Source: Terriglobia bacterium
Lineage (GTDB): Bacteria; Acidobacteriota; Terriglobia; JAJPHL01; JAPKYU01
Length of the DNA stretch: 64,000 bases
Direction: 5' to 3'
Assembly (NCBI GenBank): GCA_965223005.1
Contig: CBDCVK010000010.1
Coordinates: 1-64,000 of the forward strand
Position 1 is the first letter of the stretch, and each line of letters starts with the position of its first letter. Below are positions 9,648 to 20,065 of the stretch, in pieces. The translations under genes were made by a program, and so were the position numbers. The notes beneath the pieces were generated by a model, which saw only the letters and a program-made list of their open reading frames with translations, searched no databases and was not told the DNA's origin.

Positions 9648-9784
9648 GATCTTAGGAATTCTAACATGGGCGCGCGTGGGTCCTGCTCCTGCGTGCAAAC
9701 CATTCGCCTTACATGCCGGTTCGCCGGGCGGCAGTCTGTCTATGTTGCGGTTGGCCGCCGCCCGCTCTTTAACGATCTGCCGCC

Positions 9785-10231
9785 TTAGCCGGTGTTGGAG
9801 ATTTGCAGGCGCGCGGCCTCTTGGGCCACCTTGTCCGCACGTAGGTTGTCGGGATGCTGGGCATGCCCCTTCACCCATTGCCAGCGCATCCGGTGGCGCG
9901 CCAAGCTTCGGTCCAGCGCCTCCCACAGGTCCTTGTTTTTCACCGGCGTCTTCCCTGAGGTTACCCAATGGTTCTGCTTCCATTTGGACATCCACTGGGT
10001 CACTCCGCGGCGGACGTATTCCGAGTCGGTGACGACGGCAACCTGGCAGGACTCTCTTAGCGCGCTGAGCCCCGCAATCACCGCAGTCAGTTCCATGCGG
10101 TTGTTGGTAGTGTGGGGCTCGGAGCCGCACAATTCACGATAGCGCCCCCGGTAGCGCAGCAGGCAGGCCCACCCGCCCGGCCCAGGATTTCCCAGACAAG
10201 CGCCGTCTGTGATCAGTGTCACCTGTTTCAT
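9785..10231 (-). CDS. rnhA: Ribonuclease HI
   Basis: TDGACLGNPGPGGW, TTNNRMEL, TDSEYV, VKNKDLW, WVKGH, NLRAD. Confidence 0.95.
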   Translation of the reverse strand: MKQVTLITDGACLGNPGPGGWACLLRYRGRYRELCGSEPHTTNNRMELTAVIAGLSALRESCQVAVVTDSEYVRRGVTQWMSKWKQNHWVTSGKTPVKNKDLWEALDRSLARHRMRWQWVKGHAQHPDNLRADKVAQEAARLQISNTG

Positions 10232-10791
10232 TGAGGTAGGCCGCGAGCGCATGCCAGGGCGTATCGGCCTGCGATGATTTAACCACATCAAGGATTGGAT
10301 TCGTGGTGCCGCGCCTCTGAACGGACAGTTGGGGAGCGAGCGGAATTCGTTGTCACGGCCCGTGTTCAGCCAAATGTCCCTCTGTACACTGTGAGGCACA
10401 TCGGGGGCCAAAGACGCGTGGTTGCCCGTGCCAGGGCGCATCTTGCTTGTACTGAGGAGGATAGCACCAGCTCAAGGGGTTTCCCGCAATCTGGGCACGG
10501 CTGGGAAGAGCAAACTCTTGCTCACAAAAGTGCGTTTTGTCTTGACATGAAAAGCTTCCCCGCCAAAACTAGTAAGTAAGTTGCTTGGCTGGATCCCCCA
10601 GTTGACTCCCCTCGATGTATAGGTGTAGGTCTTAGCACACCGGCCGCGTTGGTGGGTGATTAGTTCTTTTCGGCCGAACTAAGAATTTGCGAAGTGTAAA
10701 GCTCCCCCTGTCGGACACGTACGTTTTGTGCGGGTCTGGCTGAGCCACAATGCCACGTGACCTGAGACAACCACGTGCACGGTGAAACGCC

Positions 10792-12048
10792 ATGACTACC
10801 ACAGCACAATTGGGCTCCTTGCACCTGTATGCCCCACTGGAATCGCACGCCATGGAGGCGGTCAAGGTCGCCATTTGCGAACAGACCCAGGATTACTGCT
10901 TGCAAAAATACAGACGGCGTCTCAGGGCCATCGTGCTGACCGGTAGCCTGGCGCGCGAGGAGGCCACGGTGGTCAGGGAGGCCCAGCGCTGCCACCTGCT
11001 CGGGGACGCCGATTTTCTCTTGTTGTTTGATGGACACTCCCCCCTTCCTCCCACGCCCGATGTGGAGGGGCTTCGACAGCAAATAGAAACTGCTCTCCTC
11101 GCTTGCGACTTGGTCTGTCACACCACGTTGGGCGTTGTGCGCACCAGTTACCTGCGCAAGCTGGCGCCGACCGTCTTTGCCTACGAACTGCAGGCCTGTG
11201 GCCAAGTGGTGTGGGGCGACCCGGAGGTGCTCTCACTGATTCCCACGCTTTCGCCATTAGACATTGCCCTGGAAGACGCCTGGCGCCTGCTCACCAACCG
11301 AATGATTGAGCATCTGGAGACCGTCGAGGAGCGCCCAGGCGCCTCGGCAACCATGTCGCACACGGCGTACTACCGGACGACGAAGCTCTACCTGGACATG
11401 GCCACCTCGTTTCTTCTGTTTGCCGGGGCCTATGCGCCAACCTACCGGGAACGAGCCAAGCACCTGGCCGGGCTGGTGAAAAACCTGCCTGCCGAGCAAA
11501 TCCCCTTCCCGCTGGCACGTTTCTCAGAAACAGTCACTGCCTGCACCCGCTGGAAGTTATGCCCATCCGAGAGCGATCCCCGGCCGGGGTGGGAGTTCTG
11601 GGACGAAGCAGTCGCCTACGCACGCCGGTTGTGGCGATGGGAACTGGAGCGTCTGACGGGCGCACCTGCGAATGCTTCTGAACAGGAATTGCGGCAGCAG
11701 TGGATGCGGTGCCAGCCGGTCCATCGCCGCCTGCACGGATGGCTGTATGTGCTTCGCAAGCACGGATGGCACCGCAGTTGGCGCCACTGGCCGGAATGGA
11801 CACGGTTGGGCTGGCATGCCTCGCCCCGCGACTGGATTTACGCCGCTGCCGGCGAACTGTTCTGCCGGCTCCCGGATTCGCCCAGCCGCGCCAATGGGCA
11901 GCCGGCGCAGGAGCTGGACTGGGAACAAGTGCGAGGTTGGCTGCCGGTGCGGAGGGACGAGCCGAACGGCCATCCGCCCCCGTGGGGTCGTCTGGCTTCG
12001 GAAATTATGTGGAACTACCAGCAGTTTCTGGGAGGAACACGGGCATGA
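10792..12048 (+). CDS. Pol-beta-like nucleotidyltransferase with helical C-terminal domain
   Basis: hGS motif LTGSLAR followed by GDADF. Long ORF with typical codon usage. Confidence 0.6.
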   Translation: MTTTAQLGSLHLYAPLESHAMEAVKVAICEQTQDYCLQKYRRRLRAIVLTGSLAREEATVVREAQRCHLLGDADFLLLFDGHSPLPPTPDVEGLRQQIETALLACDLVCHTTLGVVRTSYLRKLAPTVFAYELQACGQVVWGDPEVLSLIPTLSPLDIALEDAWRLLTNRMIEHLETVEERPGASATMSHTAYYRTTKLYLDMATSFLLFAGAYAPTYRERAKHLAGLVKNLPAEQIPFPLARFSETVTACTRWKLCPSESDPRPGWEFWDEAVAYARRLWRWELERLTGAPANASEQELRQQWMRCQPVHRRLHGWLYVLRKHGWHRSWRHWPEWTRLGWHASPRDWIYAAAGELFCRLPDSPSRANGQPAQELDWEQVRGWLPVRRDEPNGHPPPWGRLASEIMWNYQQFLGGTRA

Positions 12049-12229
12049 GACCTCCCAGCCAGCTTGCCGGTGCCGGCGCACCGCTAAACAGGGGAGGAGC
12101 GGGCAAGAAACAGAGGTAGAGATTCGGAACTGCCCTGCTGGCGATGGGCGACGTTTTACGACGGCTCTTGGAGCCATAGGGAACCGATCACCGGCTGTCT
12201 CACAGGCAGGCAGGTGTGCTGAAAGCTTT

Positions 12230-12265
12230 AGAAAGCGGCAGGGATTACCTGCCGCTTTCTTCTTT
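12230..12265. terminator. Intrinsic terminator-like hairpin
   Basis: 13-bp stem AGAAAGCGGCAGG-gatta-CCTGCCGCTTTCT followed by TCTTT. Confidence 0.7.
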
Positions 12266-12321
12266 AGCTTGAGATTCGCCTTTTCGCTTAACCTACCCTG
12301 TGTGGCTCTGCCTCGCAGGCA

Positions 12322-14250
12322 GTGATCAACAAAGTCAGAACTGAGAGGTTTGTGGCCATGACCCGTCCGAATCTCCAAACACATCCGTTCAAGAGCTTCT
12401 TCCAGATCGTATTGTGTGTTCTGGTTGGTTTCATCTTTCTTCTTGGCGCGAAACCTTCCCGTGCCGACTCTCCAGCCGTAACAGTAAGCAGGAACCGGAT
12501 GATGCCCACGCGGGACGGGATTCGGTTGGCCACCGATATTTACCTTCCCACCGTTGAGGACCAATCCAACCTTGGGCCGTTTCCCGCAATTCTCATTCGC
12601 ACGCCCTACGGTAAAAATAGCCTGAATTCATCCGGGGAATTTTTCGCCAAGCGAGGATATGCGGTTGTTACTCAGGATGTGCGCGGCAGGTATGACTCTG
12701 AAGGTGAATTCTATATCTACGTAAACGAGGGAAAGGACGGATATGACGCAGTTGAATGGGTCGCAGGCCAGCCATGGTGCAACGGCGATGTAGGCACTTA
12801 TGGTAGATCGTACATGGCCGCGACCCAAAATGCTTCGGCTGTGTACAGCCCTCCCCACCTCAAAACGATGTTCGTCATTGTCGGCACATCCAATTACATA
12901 GAAGACGGGGCCGGACGTGGGGGCGCCTTTGCGTTGCTTCATAACATGGCATACGCTTTCCGGCTTGCCTTCACGGGGAAGGAAGCGCGAAAGGATGCCA
13001 AGGTTGCGGCTGCACTGCGCCGGGCATATGACCACCTGCCTGACTGGCTCCGCGCAGCTCCGCTGAAATCTGGTTCTCCCCTGCAATGGGCACCGACCTA
13101 CGAACGATGGTACGCGGATTGGCGGATGCATCCGGCCTATGACCACTATTGGAAGCAGATCGGTTACAACTTTGAGGAATATCACTCCCGCTATCCGGAG
13201 ATTCCGATTTATTTTGTCGGTGGTTGGTATGACCTGTTTAAACGGGGAACGTTAAGTAATTTTGAGGGACTTTCCCAAAGGAACGCCTTTACGAAGCTCT
13301 GTATGGGTCCCTGGACGCACAGTGCGGGGATCACGCCTGCCGGGGATGTTGATTTTGGTCCCCGGGCCAAGATGTCCATTCAGGATGAAGCCGCACGCTG
13401 GTTCGATCAATTTCTGAAGGGTAAAGACATGGGTATCTTGCAGGAACCGCCTGTGAAATATTTCCTGATGGGCGGGGGGGATGCGACCAGAAACAAGAAT
13501 GGCCGTTTACAAAGCGGAGGTGTTTGGAAGGAAGCTCAAACCTGGCCTCCAAGCGGGTTCCGGGAGCAAAAGTTCTACCTCCATGGGGACGGTACGCTCC
13601 AAGCAACTTCCCGCGAGTCAACAGTCCCAAGCCGCTTTCAATTCGATCCCAGAAAGCCTGTGCCGACGGTGGGCGGGAATATTGACTCCGGGAAGCATTT
13701 GGTCCGCAGGGGCGCGCAGAATCAGGTGCCGCCAGCCAACTACTTCGCCGCCGACAATCAAATGCCATTGTCGGCGCGGCATGATGTTCTGACCTTTGCG
13801 ACCCCTCCCTTGACACATGATATGGAGGTCACTGGTCCCATGCGCGTTACCCTCTGGGTCTCCTCGGAAGCCAAAGATACGGATTTTACCGCCAAACTGA
13901 TCGACGTTTATCCACCTTCCGATGACTACCCAGCGGGCTACGCGATGAATCTGGAAGACGGAATACTCCGCATGCGTTTTCGAAAGTCTCGGGAGCGGGA
14001 AGGACTGATGAAACCGGGAACCATCTATCAGATTTCCATCGACCTCTGGGCTACCAGTAACCTGTTCCGCAAGGGCCACAAAATAAGATTGGATATCTCC
14101 AGCAGCAATTTTCCCATGTACGACGTAAACCCGAACACCGGGGAGCCTTTAGGGCGCCACACGCACGTGATTTCCACAGTCAACACTGTTTATCACGATC
14201 CTGAGCACCCATCATGTTTAGTCCTCCCGGTTCGTGGCGAGTGGAGGTAG
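12322..14250 (+). CDS. CocE/NonD (S15) family hydrolase, secreted
   Basis: RDGIRLATDIY, RTPY, QDVRGRYDSEG, nucleophile GRSY, GGWYD, GPWTH. Has a signal peptide; the start may be 12358. Confidence 0.92.
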   Translation: MINKVRTERFVAMTRPNLQTHPFKSFFQIVLCVLVGFIFLLGAKPSRADSPAVTVSRNRMMPTRDGIRLATDIYLPTVEDQSNLGPFPAILIRTPYGKNSLNSSGEFFAKRGYAVVTQDVRGRYDSEGEFYIYVNEGKDGYDAVEWVAGQPWCNGDVGTYGRSYMAATQNASAVYSPPHLKTMFVIVGTSNYIEDGAGRGGAFALLHNMAYAFRLAFTGKEARKDAKVAAALRRAYDHLPDWLRAAPLKSGSPLQWAPTYERWYADWRMHPAYDHYWKQIGYNFEEYHSRYPEIPIYFVGGWYDLFKRGTLSNFEGLSQRNAFTKLCMGPWTHSAGITPAGDVDFGPRAKMSIQDEAARWFDQFLKGKDMGILQEPPVKYFLMGGGDATRNKNGRLQSGGVWKEAQTWPPSGFREQKFYLHGDGTLQATSRESTVPSRFQFDPRKPVPTVGGNIDSGKHLVRRGAQNQVPPANYFAADNQMPLSARHDVLTFATPPLTHDMEVTGPMRVTLWVSSEAKDTDFTAKLIDVYPPSDDYPAGYAMNLEDGILRMRFRKSREREGLMKPGTIYQISIDLWATSNLFRKGHKIRLDISSSNFPMYDVNPNTGEPLGRHTHVISTVNTVYHDPEHPSCLVLPVRGEWR

Positions 14251-14266
14251 GTGTTCACGATTCGGC

Positions 14267-14295
14267 TTTACATTCGCTTTATATTCGCCTAGACT
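14267..14295 (+). promoter_or_regulatory. lexA sigma70 promoter with overlapping SOS-box-like direct repeat
   Basis: TTTACA-17bp-TAGACT. ATTC-N7-ATTC at 14272-14286 resembles the GTTC-N7-GTTC box known for Acidobacteria and Alphaproteobacteria. Confidence 0.65.
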
Positions 14296-14304
14296 GTACT
14301 TAAG

Positions 14305-14946
14305 ATGGCCTTGACCCGCAGGCAGTGGCAGGTTCTCGAGATCATCGCCGGTTTCATCCGCGAGCGCGGCTACTGCCCCAGCTACGAAGAAATCTGCGAA
14401 GGCTTGGGGGTCTCTTCATTGGCTACCGTGCACAAGCACGTCTCCACGCTCGAGCAGAAGGGCTTCTTGGTGCGCGGGCCACACCAGAGCCGTTCGATCG
14501 AATTTGGCCCGCGCTACTACCAGGAAGCGCGCAAGCGCGCGCGCGCGCAGCGCAGCGCGGCCGCTGTCTCGGGCACGCTCCCCCTTTTGGGCCGTATTGC
14601 AGCCGGCCGTCCTCTGGAAGCAGTCGAGAATCCGGAGACCATCTCGCTGACCGATTTTGCCGGCAAGAAGGAAGTTTTCGTGCTTCAGGTCAAGGGCGAC
14701 TCGATGATCGAAGAGCACATCCTGGACGGGGACTATATTCTGGTGGAGCGCACTCAGGCCGCCCACAACGGCGACGTGGTCGTGGCTTTGGTGGAGGGCG
14801 CAGAAGCCACCCTGAAGCGTTTCTTCGGTGAGTCAGACGGTCGGGTGCGCCTGCAACCAAGCAACCCGGAAATGTCCCCCCTAATCCTGCCGGCCGACGC
14901 CATCCAGATCCAGGGGCGGCTGATCGGCGTGCTGCGCCGCTACTGA
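14305..14946 (+). CDS. lexA: SOS repressor LexA
   Basis: N-terminal wHTH, IAAG cleavage site, GDSM (Ser), TLKR (Lys). Confidence 0.96.
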   Translation: MALTRRQWQVLEIIAGFIRERGYCPSYEEICEGLGVSSLATVHKHVSTLEQKGFLVRGPHQSRSIEFGPRYYQEARKRARAQRSAAAVSGTLPLLGRIAAGRPLEAVENPETISLTDFAGKKEVFVLQVKGDSMIEEHILDGDYILVERTQAAHNGDVVVALVEGAEATLKRFFGESDGRVRLQPSNPEMSPLILPADAIQIQGRLIGVLRRY

Positions 14947-15111
14947 ATCCGACCGATCCCCGTCACGCTTCCCTTCCGCACTTGCCCCTGCTCGGGCGCG
15001 CTCGCCGGAAACGGGTGTAACTCATACTGAACGAATCAGCATCGCCGTTCGGAGACAGCGCAGGCGACGGGGTAGAATACGCGTGCGCACTAGAGAACAA
15101 AGGAGGCCAAG

Positions 15112-17244
15112 ATGCGCTGGAAAGGCAAGCGCCAAGTCATCTCGATTGCTGCGGTGTTGTTGCTGGCTCCGCCGTGCCTGGCTCGAGATCAAGCTGCCGA
15201 TTCCCACTGGAGGGGGCCGTCGCCGCCTTTGACGAGGTGTTGCGCGAGGCGGGCGAGAGGAGCGCCCGGGACGCGCTGGAGGCTGAGATCAAGCTGACTT
15301 CCCACGCCGCGCCAGTTAGAGGAGCGCCCGGGCCGATTTGTGCTTCGGGCCCCGTTGACCATTGCGCTGCCTCCGCAGGCTAGCGACGACGATCGCTTCG
15401 CGGCCCAGTTGCTCCAGCAGGAGATCGCCGCCGTGTCGCGAGTCAAGGCCAAGGTAGAGTCCGGGCCCCAGGCTCAGATCATTCTCACCCTCTTGGGCGC
15501 GCCGGTAGTGGTTGGCGAAGAGGGCTACCTTCTCCGGGTCAGCCCGCGACGAGTCACGATTTCGGCGCACACCTCGGCAGGTTTGTTCTACGGCGTGCAA
15601 ACGCTGCGACAGCTGATCGGCCGCAAGGGGATTCCGGCGGTGCGGATCACCGATTGGCCAGCAATGCGCTGGCGCGGCCTGCACGACGACCTGAGCCGCG
15701 GCCCCATCCCCACCATCGACTTCATCAAGCGGCAACTGCGTACGTGCGCCGAATACAAAATCAACCTCTACTCGTTTTACATCGAGCACACCTTCGCCTA
15801 CCGTCGCCACCCGCTGATCGGCCCACCCGGCGGCTCCTTGACCGCCTCGGAGGTGAAACAGCTGGTCGCCTACGCGCGCAAGTACCACATCGAGCTTGTT
15901 CCAGAGCAGCAGACCTTCGGTCACCTCCATCACGCGCTGAAATGGGAGAAATATTCCTCGCTAGCCGAGGTGCCGCACGGACACGTGCTCGCGCCAACCA
16001 ACCCGCAGACGTACAGGCTGGTGAAGTCGCTGTACGACGAGTTGGTGCCGCTGTTTCCGGGGCGGTTTCTGCACATCGGAGCGGACGAGACCTTCGAGCT
16101 GGGACGGGGCAAGTCGCTCGAGCTGGTGAAGCAGAAGGGTCTGGGACAGGTGTATTTCAACCACATCCAGCGCGTCACTGAGATTCTAGCCCCTTACAAG
16201 AAGCGGCTGATGTTTTGGGGCGACATCGCATTGCATTACCCCGAGCTGTTACCGAAGCTGCCCAAAGACATGATCGTGATGAGCTGGAATTACTCGCCTC
16301 GCGAAAACTTCAACCGCTACCTGGAGCCGTTCCGCAACTCGGGGCTGGACGTGTTTGTCTGCCCTGGAGTGAACAACTGGAGCCGTATCTTCCCCAACCT
16401 GGACCGGGCGCTGCCCAACATCCGCAATTTCGTCCGCGACGGCCAGGAATTTGGCGCGCTGGGTGTGCTGAATACTACCTGGGATGACGACGGGGAAGCT
16501 CTGTTCGGCATGACCTGGTACCCGGTTCTGTACGGGGCGGCGGCCTCCTGGCAGCTAGGCACGGCCGACCCCGAGGAATTTCGCAACGCCTTCGACTGGG
16601 CCTTCTTCCGCAATCCCAGGAGCACGCCGTTTGCCGAGGCTATCGAGCGACTCAACCGGGTGCATGGGCTGCTGGATCTGGCGGGTGTAAGCGACGCTCG
16701 CAACTGGCTGTTCTGGCTCAACCCCTTCCATCCAGAACACCGCCAGGTGCTTGAAAAGATTCATCCCGTGGCGCGTGAGATCCGGCTGGCGGCAGAAACC
16801 GCACTGGAGATCGTCGAGCGGAATGCCTGGCGCGCCCGTCGCAACCGGGACCAGCTCGACTACCTGAGGCTGGCGGCGCGCCGGATGGACTATCTGGGCT
16901 TCAAGGCCCTCTACGCCCGGCAGATTGCAGACCTCTACCAAAAGGCTTACGACAACCAGCAGGACCGAAAGGTGGCGCGACGGGCGCTGAGTCGCATCGA
17001 CAACATAAACGGCCTACTCCAAGATGGCCGCGATTTCTCCACAGCGCTTCGGAAGGACTATCGCGCAGCCTGGCTGGCCGAGAACCGGCCCTACTGGTTG
17101 GCCAACGTTCTGGCTCTCTACGACCGCGAAACGCGCATGTGGATAGACAAGATCAGCGAATTTCAGATGCTCCGGTATAACTACCGCCGGCAGAAGAAAC
17201 TTCCTCCGCCAGAAACTCTGGGTCTTGCCGCGCCGGAGGAATAG
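15112..17244 (+). CDS. GH20 beta-N-acetylhexosaminidase (5' region scrambled)
   Basis: DWPAMRWRG, DDLSRG, FGH, HIGADE motifs. The signal peptide at 15112 is disconnected from ORF 15340 by an imperfect duplication. Confidence 0.85.
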
Positions 17245-17320
17245 CGGTGTTGCGAGATGGGGAGTAAGCTCGAAGGAAGCCGCGTCTTACTACAAAAGGG
17301 CTACAAAAGGGATCGGAATC

Positions 17321-17746
17321 ATGACTGAGGAAGCTGTCCAGGCGAGACTGAAACAAGCCCGTGTCGCCCGGCTGGCTACCGGAGACGAACAAGGCCGTCC
17401 CCACATGGTCCCGATCTGTTACGTCTACGACGGCCAGCGCTTCTATACCGCCCTGGATCAGAAGCCCAAGCAGGTGTCTCCGGAGAGGCTTGCCAGGATG
17501 CGTCACATTCAGGCGAACCCCAACGTAGCCCTGCTGGTTGACGAGTACGGCGAGGATTGGGGAAAACTTTGGTACATCCTGGTTCGAGGCAAGGCAGAGA
17601 TCCTCTCGAAAGGAGAGAAGCACGATAAGGCACTCTGCCTTCTCAAGGAGAAGTATCCGCAGTATGCGTCTGGCACGCTGCTGCCCCAACAGGCCCTTGT
17701 GATCCAGATCGTGCCCACCCAGATCATTAACTGGGGCAGAGTCTGA
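17321..17746 (+). CDS. PPOX-class F420-dependent oxidoreductase (Rv0121-like)
   Basis: ARVARLAT, PHMVPICY, DQKPK, NPNVALLVDEYGEDWGKLWY, KYPQY. Confidence 0.85.
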   Translation: MTEEAVQARLKQARVARLATGDEQGRPHMVPICYVYDGQRFYTALDQKPKQVSPERLARMRHIQANPNVALLVDEYGEDWGKLWYILVRGKAEILSKGEKHDKALCLLKEKYPQYASGTLLPQQALVIQIVPTQIINWGRV

Positions 17747-17907
17747 ACCGCAACGGGGGTCTGGGAGAGCCCCTGAGAGGGCCAATGCTGTCGTGATCAC
17801 GTGTATCGGGCGGACGACGTAGTTGCCTAACGATTTTTTATTGAATCTTTGTACGGCCTATGGCAGGGTAGCGGAGCCTATCAAATCACCGAAAAGGAAG
17901 AGCGCAA

Positions 17908-18825
17908 ATGAAGGTAGGATTTGGCCTCCCGCAGATGGGACCGGCTGCCAGCCTGGATGCCGTCGTCAAGGCGGCCCAGCGTGCCGAGGAGTTAGGCTAT
18001 GACAGCGTGTGGGTGGTCGAGCGGCTCCTCTATCCGTTAAAGCCCCAGACGCCGTACCCCGCGACGCCCGACGGGTCCCTTCCCGATATCTACAAACGGG
18101 TTCTCGATCCGCTGGCGACGCTAACCTTTTTGGCCGCCAAGACGTCGCGCGTTGGCCTAGGAACCAGCGTGTTGGATATGCCCTATTACAATCCGGTGAT
18201 GCTGGCACGCCAGCTTACGACCCTGGATGTGCTTTCGCAAGGACGCCTGCGCCTGGGCCTGGGGCTGGGCTGGTCCAAGGACGAGTACGATGCGGTCGGG
18301 GCGACATTCAAAGGGCGCGGGGCCAGGGCGGACGAGTTCATCCACGTGCTCAAGGCCATTTGGACCACCGATCCGGTGGAGTTCCAGGGCAAGTTCTACA
18401 ACATCCCCAAATCCATCATCCAGCCCAAGCCCGTGCAAAAACCGCACCCGCCCATTTACCTGGCTTCCTTTAGCGAAGTCGCCCTGAAGCGAGTGGCGAA
18501 GCTTGCCGATGGCTGGAACCCAGTCGGGATACCCGTGGAAGCAATGGGGCAGATGTTCCAGGGAGTGAAGGAAATGGCAAAAGCTGCGGGACGTGATCCC
18601 GCCAGCTTGCGACTCCTTGTGAGGGCCCACCCGGACATCACCGAAAAGCCACTGGGCAAGGACCGTTGGGCCTTTGCCGGCACCCTGGACCAGATCAAGG
18701 AGGATATCAGCCGCTGTCGGGAGTTAGCGGTGGAGGAGCTCTTCTTCGATCCAATCTTTTCCCCGGATGGGCAGTCATTGGATGGGTTCCTCAGCCGCAT
18801 GGAACAGATGCGCGGGCTTGTCTAG
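17908..18825 (+). CDS. LLM-class probable F420-dependent oxidoreductase
   Basis: AEELGYDSVWV, LDPLATL, LDVLSQGRL.LG.GW, PKPVQKPHPPI, ADGW. Confidence 0.88.
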   Translation: MKVGFGLPQMGPAASLDAVVKAAQRAEELGYDSVWVVERLLYPLKPQTPYPATPDGSLPDIYKRVLDPLATLTFLAAKTSRVGLGTSVLDMPYYNPVMLARQLTTLDVLSQGRLRLGLGLGWSKDEYDAVGATFKGRGARADEFIHVLKAIWTTDPVEFQGKFYNIPKSIIQPKPVQKPHPPIYLASFSEVALKRVAKLADGWNPVGIPVEAMGQMFQGVKEMAKAAGRDPASLRLLVRAHPDITEKPLGKDRWAFAGTLDQIKEDISRCRELAVEELFFDPIFSPDGQSLDGFLSRMEQMRGLV

Positions 18826-18875
18826 GTGCCCTGCGGGTCGGTCCCCTTGACGGCAGCTTTCGACGGAGTACCCCG

Positions 18876-20057
18876 ATGCCTCCGCACTTGACAGCAATTC
18901 TGGAGGCCCTCCGTACCGGCCGACGACCCACACGAGACGAAGCAGTTGCGCTGGGAAGTGCGGCCGGTGAGGAATTCGCCGCACTGATGGCTCTGGCGGC
19001 GGAGCGGCGCAAGGCCGCTTGGGGAACTACCGTCACTTACTCTAGAAAAGTCTTCATCCCTCTAACGAACCTGTGCCGGGACACTTGCGGGTATTGCACG
19101 TTTGCCCAGCCCCCCTCCTCTCCTTCGGCACGCTGGATGACGCCCGAGGAGGTGCTGGAGGTGGCCGAGGCGGGCCGTCGCCTGGGCTGTAAGGAAGCTC
19201 TCTTCAGCCTCGGCGAGAAGCCCGAACTGCGCTACGCAGAAGCCAGGCAGGCTCTGGCCGCGCTAGGCTATACCCGCTTGATTGCTTATCTTCGCGATAT
19301 GTGTGAACGAGTGCTCCGGAAAACCGGGCTGCTACCCCATGCTAATCCCGGCACCCTCTCCACAGAGGAGATGGCTTTGCTCCGCCCCGTCACCGGAAGT
19401 ATGGGCGTAATGCTAGAAAATGTCAGCCGGAGGCTTATGGAGAAAGGAGCCGCCCATGAAAGCTGCCCGGATAAGCACCCGGAGGTACGCTTGCAGACAC
19501 TGGTGACCGGTGGCCGGCTGGGCGTGCCTTTTACCACCGGGATTCTCATCGGCATCGGCGAGACATGGGCCGAGCGCGTGGATTCGTTGCTGGCGATCCA
19601 GACCGTTTTCGAGCGCTACGGAAACATTCAGGAGGTCATTATCCAGAATTTCCGGGCCAAGCCCGACATTCGTATGCGCCAATGGCCCGAGCCTGGGTTG
19701 GAAGACATGCTGCGGACTCTGGCGGTCGCGCGGTTGTTGCTGGATGGGAAGGTGAGCCTCCAGGCACCGCCCAACCTGAATCCTGGGCAGTACGCGGAAT
19801 ACCTGGACGCCGGCTTGAACGATTGGGGCGGAGTCTCGCCCGTGACCATGGACCACATCAATCCCGAAGCGGCCTGGCCGCGGATTGCCGAGTTGCGGCG
19901 CAGCACCGAGTCGCGGGGCTGCCGGTTGCGCGAACGCCTCACGATCTACCCGCGATACCTGGCAGAGCCGGAGCGTTTCGTCGATCCCAAGATGTCGTCC
20001 TACTTAGCGGCCCTGGCCGGCGGTGACGGCCTGGCCGCCGAGCAGAACCTGAATTGA
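18876..20057 (+). CDS. cofG: FO synthase subunit CofG (radical SAM)
   Basis: VTYSRKVFIPLTNLCRDTCGYC, CPDK, FTTGILIGIGET, QAPPNL, DWGGVSPVT.DHINPE. Confidence 0.94.
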   Translation: MPPHLTAILEALRTGRRPTRDEAVALGSAAGEEFAALMALAAERRKAAWGTTVTYSRKVFIPLTNLCRDTCGYCTFAQPPSSPSARWMTPEEVLEVAEAGRRLGCKEALFSLGEKPELRYAEARQALAALGYTRLIAYLRDMCERVLRKTGLLPHANPGTLSTEEMALLRPVTGSMGVMLENVSRRLMEKGAAHESCPDKHPEVRLQTLVTGGRLGVPFTTGILIGIGETWAERVDSLLAIQTVFERYGNIQEVIIQNFRAKPDIRMRQWPEPGLEDMLRTLAVARLLLDGKVSLQAPPNLNPGQYAEYLDAGLNDWGGVSPVTMDHINPEAAWPRIAELRRSTESRGCRLRERLTIYPRYLAEPERFVDPKMSSYLAALAGGDGLAAEQNLN

Positions 20058-20065
20058 AGGCCTGA

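Noticed and set aside
12139-12180. Fluoride riboswitch (GGCGATGG start)
   Set aside because: The complementary TCGCC and the TGA-CTAC tail are missing, and there is no fluoride-related gene nearby.
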